Positions 35,291 to 44,034 of a stretch of DNA of 64,000 bases are shown here, in pieces. The position numbers and the translations under genes are program-made. Source of the stretch: a virus (taxonomy: Duplodnaviria; Caudoviricetes); the IMG/VR virus record IMGVR_UViG_3300028048_000038, positions 160,001 to 224,000 of that record, one strand, 5' to 3'. The first letter of the stretch is position 1; every line of letters starts with the position of its first letter. The notes under the pieces were generated by a model, which searched no databases, had not been told where the DNA came from, and saw only the letters and a program-made list of their open reading frames with translations.

Positions 35291-36388
35291 TTAACTTGCC
35301 GTGAAAGTCACACTACCTCCATGACAATCCACTTGTCTGCTAGGTGTGATGTTATATGATACACCCTCACAAGGTCCTGGACCTGGGTCACAGCTTGGGT
35401 CACTTGAACAATCTGGGCATGATTGATAAAAAGTGTATGAATTACTAAGTCCGTGATAACTTACCGATAATGTTCTGCTATTGCTGCATCCTCCAATACA
35501 ACAATCACATGACCCAAATGAACTGCTGTCACCTCCAGCGCTTTCGCTTCCACTTCTATCATCGTATGGCGATGAATGATAAACAGTTCCACAATCATCC
35601 CTCCATTCATATCTGTCATAGAAATAACCAGTGGATGATATGCTAAAGTTTCCGCCATCACAACCAAAACTTGATGATGTAGTTGGGTATACGCTTACAC
35701 CTGTATAATGTCTTCCTTCGTAAGAATTCCACCCACCTCCAAGCGCTGCTTGGCATATTGTCGTTGTGCTACTATGACTTGCTCCTCTAAACACAATAGA
35801 CCCAGTGACTGTTGTACACCTTCTAGGTGCTGTTCTTGTCTCAGGCTGTCTTCCGATTGAGTAGTAAGGATAACTAACTGAGCCATATGTACCTGGGTTC
35901 CAAGACACCTCATTATCAGCAGTGTCTGACACGTTATAGCTTGTAGTAGAGACCATGCAAGAATTGTTCATTGATTTAGTGTATCTTGTGTAAACATGAG
36001 AATAGCCAAGTTGCTTGCTTCCACCACATTGCGAAATATCTCCACTAGCAGATGACACTGAGAAACTGTAGAATCTTGTGTACATCATAGAAAGGTCTTT
36101 TTGGTCAACCAACTGGTTTGGTGCATATGCAACGCCAGTTGCCAAAGAAACACTGTTAACTATTATCCCATCTCTATCGCCATTTGGAGTCGCTCCTTGT
36201 ACCCACGTTTGTATAACGCTTCCTCCAATCAACTCACTATATGTAGGGCAGTAATCGTCTCTATATGTGCTGCTAATGTACATTGGAGAACCGTTGGCGC
36301 TGTTTTGTACTTCACTGCCAATGAAGTTCTTCAAGTATGCTATTGTAACAACTCTAAGACATTCGGTTTGAAAATCTATACATGCCAT
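35291..36388 (-). CDS. Cys/Ser-rich putative tail protein (gene A)
   Basis: 365-aa ORF with repeated CxGG(S/N) modules. Confidence 0.65.
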   Translation of the reverse strand: MACIDFQTECLRVVTIAYLKNFIGSEVQNSANGSPMYISSTYRDDYCPTYSELIGGSVIQTWVQGATPNGDRDGIIVNSVSLATGVAYAPNQLVDQKDLSMMYTRFYSFSVSSASGDISQCGGSKQLGYSHVYTRYTKSMNNSCMVSTTSYNVSDTADNEVSWNPGTYGSVSYPYYSIGRQPETRTAPRRCTTVTGSIVFRGASHSSTTTICQAALGGGWNSYEGRHYTGVSVYPTTSSSFGCDGGNFSISSTGYFYDRYEWRDDCGTVYHSSPYDDRSGSESAGGDSSSFGSCDCCIGGCSNSRTLSVSYHGLSNSYTFYQSCPDCSSDPSCDPGPGPCEGVSYNITPSRQVDCHGGSVTFTAS

Positions 36389-36418
36389 ATTATTAATAAT
36401 TTTGTAAGTTGATTTTTA

Positions 36419-38296
36419 TTATTTTTTATCTTTTAAATTTTTTATTTCTTTCTCAAGTTCAACGATTCTACCGTTAAGCATTGCGCAGAAATCCTCAAGA
36501 TAAGCTGTCTTCAATATAAGTAATGATGTATAGTCAACAGCAAGAGTTCCATCATCCTTTGTATGTACTAATTCATTTAGACCAACCTCTTGAACTTCTT
36601 GTGCTATAACGCCATATACTTTTCTCTTAGTATCATCATCTTTGAAATTAAATGACTTTGTGAAGATATTCTTTACCTTGTTTATATCCTCACGTTCAAC
36701 AAAATTAATATTCTCCTTTAAGTTTCTATCTGAAGAATATATTGCTTGACTTGCAGTTATTGTACCAGTCACACACACATTACCATTTAAATTGGTTGCT
36801 CCAGTTATGTTTGTTGTAGTGCCGCTAATGTTAGTGGTCTTCTCTTTTATAGTAAATGTACCATTATCACCACACTGTTCAAAGTTCACAGCATTACTAT
36901 TAACACCGAATCCATTACAGAATTCGAATGCCACACTACCACCTGTAGTACTACACTGCTTAAGTGAGAAAATATCTGATGTTACCTCAAATTTTCCACA
37001 CGTACTAATGGTTGTATTAGCCTCGGTAATGTTGAGGTTTGTACCACTAATAGTAGTTGCTGGAGACTTCAGTATAGTGCTTGTTGATTCTGTAATAGCA
37101 AGAGTATTTCCACTATAATCAGCAGTTGTTGCACTTTCGTTAAGTGTACCAATAACTGTAGTAGCAGTAGTTGCACTTGTATATGCACTTGTTGATACTG
37201 TATTAGCAGTATTAGCCTTAATGTTTAAAGTTTGTGTTTGACCACCGTCTGAACAGTCAATACCTATGTTTGTCTTGTTAGTGCCGACAAATGCTGCAAT
37301 ATCTCCAGCAGTAGCACAAAGGTCATCATTTGCAGTTACAATTATACTAGATTCAGAAGATGCTGCCGTAATATCTTCAACCGCTGTGATACCTACTGCA
37401 CCTTCTGAATGTATTGCTGTGTTACCAGTGGTCATAAATGTAGTATTACCAGTTGTATTGAATACTGTGTTACCACTTTCATTCGTTGTAGTAGTGCCAT
37501 TGTTATTGTAAGTGGTAGTGCCACTAGTGTTTACTGTCTTATCATTCTTATTGGTTTCACTTACAACACCATCCTTAACCTCAGTAGTAGTTCCACTTAC
37601 ATGAAGATTTTCAGTTCCTACAACTGTAGTTCTTGTCGTAGCACTCTCATTTAATGTTGTTACTGTCTCGTTCTCGTTTGTAACCTTCACTGTAAACGTC
37701 TTTCCAGTACGTGTACCAGTACCATCACCATCAGTAATGGTAGTATTACCACTAAGGTCGGTCTTATCAGTCACAGTTAATGAACTGAATGAAGGATTAC
37801 CACCTCTCATTGCGTAACGAGACATATCGATAAAGAAACCAGCACCATCATTAACACCATAATCATCTGTTGGGTTAACGTCCTTGTTATATTTATCTTT
37901 CTTGCCATTAACCTTATCATGCTTTGTGGTGTTGCTTGCTGCAACTTGGTTAAGTTTGATGATAATCTCTGATGTGTTGTTCAAAAGGTCATCATTTGAG
38001 ATTCCATAAGAACCCATTGCATCTGCTATTGGTGAATCACCGCTAGTTGACTGTGGACCACCGTCACCTCTCACATAGCCAACGTAAGGCATGACCTCTT
38101 TTCTCTCCATCCACTCAATTGTTTGAGCATCTGATGAGAATCTCACCACACCATTCTCAGTGTTCTTAATTGAAAGGAATTCTTTGTCTTTGTAGTTGTT
38201 AACTGCAATTTCACCAACCTCAAGTGTAGCTGGTGTTGGCTGCCTATCCGCAATACTGCTATGGATATGTTGCAGCTTTCTTCTGTCTTTTGCCAT
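36419..38296 (-). CDS. Tail fibre/spike protein with C-terminal S74 intramolecular chaperone
   Basis: N-terminal P..LEVGEIAVN, Thr-rich beta repeats, SSDRNLKENI..YGVIAQEV..VDY and a terminal coiled coil. Confidence 0.85.
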   Translation of the reverse strand: MAKDRRKLQHIHSSIADRQPTPATLEVGEIAVNNYKDKEFLSIKNTENGVVRFSSDAQTIEWMERKEVMPYVGYVRGDGGPQSTSGDSPIADAMGSYGISNDDLLNNTSEIIIKLNQVAASNTTKHDKVNGKKDKYNKDVNPTDDYGVNDGAGFFIDMSRYAMRGGNPSFSSLTVTDKTDLSGNTTITDGDGTGTRTGKTFTVKVTNENETVTTLNESATTRTTVVGTENLHVSGTTTEVKDGVVSETNKNDKTVNTSGTTTYNNNGTTTTNESGNTVFNTTGNTTFMTTGNTAIHSEGAVGITAVEDITAASSESSIIVTANDDLCATAGDIAAFVGTNKTNIGIDCSDGGQTQTLNIKANTANTVSTSAYTSATTATTVIGTLNESATTADYSGNTLAITESTSTILKSPATTISGTNLNITEANTTISTCGKFEVTSDIFSLKQCSTTGGSVAFEFCNGFGVNSNAVNFEQCGDNGTFTIKEKTTNISGTTTNITGATNLNGNVCVTGTITASQAIYSSDRNLKENINFVEREDINKVKNIFTKSFNFKDDDTKRKVYGVIAQEVQEVGLNELVHTKDDGTLAVDYTSLLILKTAYLEDFCAMLNGRIVELEKEIKNLKDKK

Positions 38297-38482
38297 AATG
38301 TGTTATTTTACTTAAATAAGTTATTATAAGAAAAGTAAGTAAAGACTTACTTAATAGTTTATAATAAATATTATAAGATAAATAAAAATAATAGTTTATT
38401 TGCAAGATTTATATGAAATATAATATCTTAATTATTTAAATAATATAAAGAATATATTATAATTTATATATAGTAATATACT

Positions 38483-38803
38483 ATGGGGTATGTATATTTA
38501 ATTGGGGAAAAAGACAGACCAAATAACTATAAGATTGGTTCAACGAGAGCCAAGAATATAGTGACTCGTTTGAATCAACTTCAGACGGGTAATTCTTCAG
38601 AACTATACATTAAGGAATCATACGAAACTGAATATCCTTTCAAACTTGAAAAAATGCTCCACAACCACTTTAATTCGTCTCACCTTATAAATGAATGGTT
38701 TGAGTTATCCGAAAACGATGTGGAGACTTTTAGGGGTGTTTGTGAGGAAAAGATAAAGGTAATAGAGTCATTGAAGGACAATCCCTTTTATTTCAAGGCA
38801 TAA
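38483..38803 (+). CDS. GIY-YIG (T5orf172/MUG113-like) nuclease-domain protein
   Basis: GYVYLI..YKIGST..RLNQLQTGN..EKMLH..EWF. Confidence 0.85.
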   Translation: MGYVYLIGEKDRPNNYKIGSTRAKNIVTRLNQLQTGNSSELYIKESYETEYPFKLEKMLHNHFNSSHLINEWFELSENDVETFRGVCEEKIKVIESLKDNPFYFKA

Positions 38804-38840
38804 AAAAAAAAGAGCAACCTTATTTGGCTGCTATTTTTTT

Positions 38841-40160
38841 TTATTTGACTAAATATTTTTTTCCATCCTTGATATACACCCCCTTGGGCAATCCTTCAAG
38901 CGTATTGCCGACCTTATGACCTTGGAGGTTATATACAGCACCATCATTACTAGCTTCTATCTTGGTATTTACAATTGCCGTTGTTCTTTTCGGCTGCGGT
39001 ATGTACTCCTTTGGTGGCACAAATGCCAACAAATGTAGCCAATAATTATTTTCTATTAATGCACCATAGTCTCCAATTTGTCTCCATAGGCTAGGTTGAA
39101 ATATTACATAATAAGGATGATAATAATACATACCATTGTCATCACGTCCATCAATAATGAATATATGTCGTCCACCTCCTGCCACAACTGGAATACCCCT
39201 TTCAAGGTATGAATCAAGAAAATTCCAATATTCTTCATCTGGAAGTTCTAAATATTCTCTAGTATATGAAGTTCCACTTTCATCCCAATGCTCTATACAT
39301 TCACCAATTATGAATTTTACTTCCTCATACTTATAGATGTTTCTCATCACATCATCCCATTTAACTATGTATTGCATTGCATTGGTTGCTGTCCCATAAT
39401 GGGCATAAGTTACTTTAAATGCACAGCCTACATGATATAAAAGTTCCGCAACAGCATTCGCCTCTTCATCAGTGTACCCATAACCATAATAGTCTTTTAT
39501 TAAATCCCATTTAAACTCTGTGTATGGAACTGAAACATCAATACTGCTACCACTTGGTTCACTTGGTTTCCAAACCCCTATAGTGGTATCAAATGCATCT
39601 ACACTTTTTGGGTATTTGAAATAGTTCATTACTTGTGAAATTGCGGTAGGTCCACAGCCACTCCATGCACGTCTTTCAAGTTCGGTCTCTCCTTCAAAAA
39701 TCTCTGGACAATACCTATTAAATGGTTCTCTCTGCCCCCAACGATTCGCTGCTGGCATAATTGGTTCAATTACAGTGGTATTCCTTGGAACATACTCTGA
39801 TGGAATCTCCTTATATGACCCACCCCTAGTAGTACCACGACCATCACAATCTAATATTGGTATCAATTCCTTCAACTCACTTGGGATGTTATTCTCATCA
39901 ATAGTCTGCTCCTTTGAATACGCAAGCACCTCTGGGAGTCTCTCATCACCACTCATGATGACACAGCCCTTTCCATCCTCCGCATTGAAGACGTAATAGG
40001 GCTTCATCACTTCCTCACCTCTTGTAACTGCACGTGGTGCTTTCAGTTTCTTGTCACTTAGGAACTTCTGAGCCTTTTGAAAAGCCTCACTCTCTGATAC
40101 CTTTTGCGCATTAATTGTTAATGATATAAATGCGCATAACAAAAACATTATTTTCCTCAT
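38841..40160 (-). CDS. Peptidase C10 (streptopain/interpain-like) with signal peptide, prodomain and T9SS-type C-terminal domain
   Basis: Signal MRKIMFLLCAFISLTINA|Q (ATG 40160); prodomain YYVFN..SGDER..LAYS; WGQ.EPFN; SGCGPTA; HIFIIDG; C-terminal VYNLQG..LPKGVYIKDGKKYLVK. Confidence 0.85.
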   Translation of the reverse strand: MRKIMFLLCAFISLTINAQKVSESEAFQKAQKFLSDKKLKAPRAVTRGEEVMKPYYVFNAEDGKGCVIMSGDERLPEVLAYSKEQTIDENNIPSELKELIPILDCDGRGTTRGGSYKEIPSEYVPRNTTVIEPIMPAANRWGQREPFNRYCPEIFEGETELERRAWSGCGPTAISQVMNYFKYPKSVDAFDTTIGVWKPSEPSGSSIDVSVPYTEFKWDLIKDYYGYGYTDEEANAVAELLYHVGCAFKVTYAHYGTATNAMQYIVKWDDVMRNIYKYEEVKFIIGECIEHWDESGTSYTREYLELPDEEYWNFLDSYLERGIPVVAGGGRHIFIIDGRDDNGMYYYHPYYVIFQPSLWRQIGDYGALIENNYWLHLLAFVPPKEYIPQPKRTTAIVNTKIEASNDGAVYNLQGHKVGNTLEGLPKGVYIKDGKKYLVK

Positions 40161-40175
40161 ATGATTTAATTTTTT

Positions 40176-40259
40176 TGTAAAGATACGATTTTTTTCTGAA
40201 ATAACAAAAAAATAGTATGTAAAAACTTGTTTTTTTAACATTTTTTGTATATCTTTGCA
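40176..40259. promoter_or_regulatory. Divergent pair of sigma-A-type promoters
   Basis: Minus strand TTTG-N19-TATCTTTACA (40176-40208); plus strand TATCTTTGCA at 40250-40259. Confidence 0.7.
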
Positions 40260-40277
40260 TAAATGTATTAAATATTA

Positions 40278-41105
40278 ATGGTTAGACAAATTATACACTG
40301 TGCAGATATACATATCAGAAATTTTTTGAGATTGGAGGAATATTCAGAACAACTAGAGAAATTCATTGAGAAATGCAAGGAACTCTGTGAGGGCTTTGAA
40401 AAGGATGAGGTAAGGATTGTCATAAGTGGCGACTTGGTACACTCCAAGAACACCATATCAAATGAACTAATGGTATTCACAAGTTATTTCCTAAGACAAC
40501 TTGAGGAAATAGCCACCGTTATTGTCATTGCTGGCAACCATGACCTTATCGTAGAGAATCAAACACGTACCGATACAATGACAGCATTATTCGACACGGC
40601 AGACTTCAAGAATTGCAAGTTCTTGGATGCAATGTTGGATTACAAGAGTGGGTGTGCGATTGATGATAATGTTGTATGGGTTTTATACTCCATATACGAT
40701 GACTTCATGAGACCAACAACACTTGAAGAAACAAAGGGGACAAACCCAAATTCTAGGTTTATTGGATTGTTTCATGGCCAAATAATTGGTTCTACATTAA
40801 ATAATGGTTACGTATCAGACAGTGGTCTTGATGGTACTGCGTTTGAGGGTTGCGATTGTGTAATGGCTGGGCATCTTCACAAACGGCAAGTGCTTAAATG
40901 TGGTGATACGGAAGTTGTGTACCCAAGTTCACTGATACAACAGACATATGGGGAAACGGTATCCCAACACGGATTTGCCGTATGGAATGTTGAGGATATG
41001 TCTTATAAGTTCATAGACATTGATAATGATTATGGGTTATACGATGTGGAAATAAATGATATTAATGATATTGATGAGGACAAAGAAAAGCTGATTAACT
41101 TTTGA
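40278..41105 (+). CDS. Metallophosphoesterase, SbcD/Mre11 (T4 gp47)-like
   Basis: ADIH, GDLVH, GNHD, FHG, GHLH. Confidence 0.88.
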   Translation: MVRQIIHCADIHIRNFLRLEEYSEQLEKFIEKCKELCEGFEKDEVRIVISGDLVHSKNTISNELMVFTSYFLRQLEEIATVIVIAGNHDLIVENQTRTDTMTALFDTADFKNCKFLDAMLDYKSGCAIDDNVVWVLYSIYDDFMRPTTLEETKGTNPNSRFIGLFHGQIIGSTLNNGYVSDSGLDGTAFEGCDCVMAGHLHKRQVLKCGDTEVVYPSSLIQQTYGETVSQHGFAVWNVEDMSYKFIDIDNDYGLYDVEINDINDIDEDKEKLINF

Positions 41106-41120
41106 TAGTTAGTCAGCTTT
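41087..41120. terminator. Bidirectional terminator between convergent genes
   Basis: aaagctgattaact...agttagtcagcttt. Confidence 0.75.
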
Positions 41121-41121
41121 C

Positions 41122-41709
41122 TTAGTATATTCTCAACACCTTTAATTTATCATCCTTATGGTGTAATAATTGTATATTAATGTTCTTATTGCTTTTATCT
41201 TGCGCCAATTCAATATACCCTATAGCATCAGCAAATATAATTGATTTAAGTTCAATTATAACATAATTTCTTTGTACATCAATATCATATGACAATGGCT
41301 TACCATCATATGAGCATTTCCATTTCAGATATTCAGAATTCACTTCTGATTTTACCATGAGCTTTATCTTATTATCATCTAATATTTCATATTGGTATAT
41401 TCTAAATGTAAATTTCTTTTCTGCTGATTCTTTCAAATTTGGTTTTATCAAGATTCTAGCCTTTTCCTTTTTATAGTTTTCCAATATAATATATTCTCCA
41501 CCTTTTATTAACTGTAGATTGAGTGTTAAACGTAGTTTATCTATCCCCTCTTCGCTGTACTCAATCAATTTGTTAGATGAAAAAGATACAACCCAAGGAA
41601 TCTTTTCTCCGTTCTCACCTTCTGACACTATAGATAATATGTGTTCTTCTTGTGGAAACTCATTTAAATCGAGTGTAAATTCATTTTCAAAACTGTTAAT
41701 CTTAAACAT
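41122..41709 (-). CDS. Hypothetical protein
   Basis: 195-aa ORF ending the structural operon. Confidence 0.7.
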   Translation of the reverse strand: MFKINSFENEFTLDLNEFPQEEHILSIVSEGENGEKIPWVVSFSSNKLIEYSEEGIDKLRLTLNLQLIKGGEYIILENYKKEKARILIKPNLKESAEKKFTFRIYQYEILDDNKIKLMVKSEVNSEYLKWKCSYDGKPLSYDIDVQRNYVIIELKSIIFADAIGYIELAQDKSNKNINIQLLHHKDDKLKVLRIY

Positions 41710-41733
41710 AGTGGCACTAACGTTTGTTAATTA

Positions 41734-44028
41734 TTATCCATTATAATACAAATATATAGTTCCACCGTCTGATAAAACATTAATTCCATTTATGATTAAT
41801 ATCTTATTACCTGCGCTACTCTGAAACTCAGCTAAAGTAATAGATGCATTTTCATAAGTGCTGTCCAATACTTTTACCTTAGATACTAGAGTGCTTCCAA
41901 CTGTAAAATCTGGGACTGTGAAACTGTTCGACATACCATCACAGAATATTTCTACTGTACCATTAATTTCATTAGGCGTACCATTTACCAAGGTAAATGT
42001 TACAGAAATGTTTGATGGGGCTGGGTCATTACCTTTCTTCTGTTTAACCATTATTGATGCTTCACCATCCCCACAATTTTCAATGGTATAAGATATTGGC
42101 AGTTCGTAAGTTCTTTCCTCACTAGTATTGTTCTTTTCGATATCAGCATAGATAGCACCATCTTCAAATGATACATTTGAAACAAAGCTACCTCCACCCT
42201 TATTAACTGTAAATGTTACAGTACCGCCACTACACGTTGGCTCTTTATCATAGCTAATCCTACAATCTGATGATATACCAACATCTTTAATACAACTATT
42301 GAATATATAGCTACCGATAAACTCATGTTCACCACCATTTTTACTCATAGCAGTTTGTGCGCTATACGCCTCGAAGAAGGCGTTATCACAGTCACATTCT
42401 ATTGTTGGGTCTTTTGGATATTCATCTTTATCTTGATTTGAGCCGATTTGTTTAACAATTATGGTATCATAGCATTCTTCATTATTAAGTTTGAATGTAA
42501 CACCACCTTCACGAGTTGAACCACTATTCAAACTAGCAGAGTAAGATATGTTTCTTCCATTAACTGAAACAGTTAACCACTCTGGTTTATCAGTCAATGT
42601 AATATCACAAATAGCTGTGTCAGTTACTGTATCAGTACCACCACTACCAATTTCTATATTAGATTTGGTTACACATGTTTTACAAGAATCTGAGCATGGT
42701 TTCTTATACTGCTGATATTGTATAGTAAATACATTTGTACAGTTGCTGCATATATTACTTGGTAATATTGCCTTTGCGTCATCTTCAAAATTACATGGTG
42801 ATTTTTTAAAGGTATATTCTACACTAACATTATCAAGAGTACCTTCATCACAATCATCGCCACTATAAGGTAGTATATCAATATAGTCTTCCCATATATT
42901 TCCACTTGTCAATCCACTAGTACAATTTTCATATACTGTTATTGCGGAATATTCCCAAGATACTTTCATTGTACCTCCGTAATATGGAAACACATAAGGA
43001 TTTAGAGGATTTATTTCTTTCCACGTTCCACTGACTGTATCTTTATAATAACGTTTTACAGATGAAGTACTTACACAATAGCCAGTATCTGGATGCTCAA
43101 CTTCACATTGGCATTCACCACTATAGTTTAAATCCTTCTTCTGTGTAATTTTCAAATTAATTGTATTACCTCCACCACACAAAGTATGACCACTCCATAC
43201 ATATGGAATAGTTCTAACTCTTTCTCTACAGCACTCGCTACCATCACATTTTGGCACTTTCACAGTACCTTGGTGTCTTCCATAAGTCTCTTTTTTCTCA
43301 CAGTCAGTTAATGTAATTTTTTTATAATCAAAGTAAAAATTAACAGTGCCTCCGCTATAATCTACTTTTTGCGGGTTATAGTAAATATCGTTTATTTCGT
43401 AGCATTCACTAATTCCACTTTCATCGCAGCAATTCTCTGGCTTTTGAACATAACAATATAAGCCTGATATTGGTATTTCTTTAGTGGTTTGTTTTCTACA
43501 ATCAGTATAACCACTAATATTAATTGCTGGAACACTTATTGTTCTATTTTCGGCATCACAATCTACATTTGGACTTATGGGGACTTGTTGAGAACCACTT
43601 TCCCTTACTCTTGAAATTACGTGGCATTCATCTTGTCTAGTCTCCCAATATTGGTAATATACTGTTGTAGCACTATTATCTGATGTTACGTAATATGGAT
43701 TTACATATGCATCAATTAATTCATAAAATATTGCGCAGTTTCCGCAATCTTCACAGTCATCCCTTCTCTTTTGGGTAATATTATATGTTATGGTGCAACC
43801 ATTCCATCTTATTGTACCACTTGATTGTTTATCGTCAGTGCATGATGTATTGACACCTATATATATTGATTCACAATAATTTTGGACATCATCACCAATA
43901 CAACCATCTGTATTTCTAATGACACCAACCCAACAAACGGTAGCATATGCACTATCAGCATCAACTGTAATGTTTATTGTCTGACTTTTCTGTAATGTTC
44001 CGTTTTTATTTAACCAATACTCTACCAT
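41734..44028 (-). CDS. Cys-rich Ig/BACON-repeat virion protein
   Basis: BACON-like unit PEWLTVSVNG..ASLNSGSTREGGVTF..IVKQ; many Cys. Confidence 0.7.
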   Translation of the reverse strand: MVEYWLNKNGTLQKSQTINITVDADSAYATVCWVGVIRNTDGCIGDDVQNYCESIYIGVNTSCTDDKQSSGTIRWNGCTITYNITQKRRDDCEDCGNCAIFYELIDAYVNPYYVTSDNSATTVYYQYWETRQDECHVISRVRESGSQQVPISPNVDCDAENRTISVPAINISGYTDCRKQTTKEIPISGLYCYVQKPENCCDESGISECYEINDIYYNPQKVDYSGGTVNFYFDYKKITLTDCEKKETYGRHQGTVKVPKCDGSECCRERVRTIPYVWSGHTLCGGGNTINLKITQKKDLNYSGECQCEVEHPDTGYCVSTSSVKRYYKDTVSGTWKEINPLNPYVFPYYGGTMKVSWEYSAITVYENCTSGLTSGNIWEDYIDILPYSGDDCDEGTLDNVSVEYTFKKSPCNFEDDAKAILPSNICSNCTNVFTIQYQQYKKPCSDSCKTCVTKSNIEIGSGGTDTVTDTAICDITLTDKPEWLTVSVNGRNISYSASLNSGSTREGGVTFKLNNEECYDTIIVKQIGSNQDKDEYPKDPTIECDCDNAFFEAYSAQTAMSKNGGEHEFIGSYIFNSCIKDVGISSDCRISYDKEPTCSGGTVTFTVNKGGGSFVSNVSFEDGAIYADIEKNNTSEERTYELPISYTIENCGDGEASIMVKQKKGNDPAPSNISVTFTLVNGTPNEINGTVEIFCDGMSNSFTVPDFTVGSTLVSKVKVLDSTYENASITLAEFQSSAGNKILIINGINVLSDGGTIYLYYNG

Positions 44029-44034
44029 TTGTCT

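Noticed and set aside
34196-35380. Diversity-generating retroelement TR/VR pair
   Set aside because: Only 2 mismatches in 90 bp, not an adenine-specific pattern, and no reverse transcriptase in the window.
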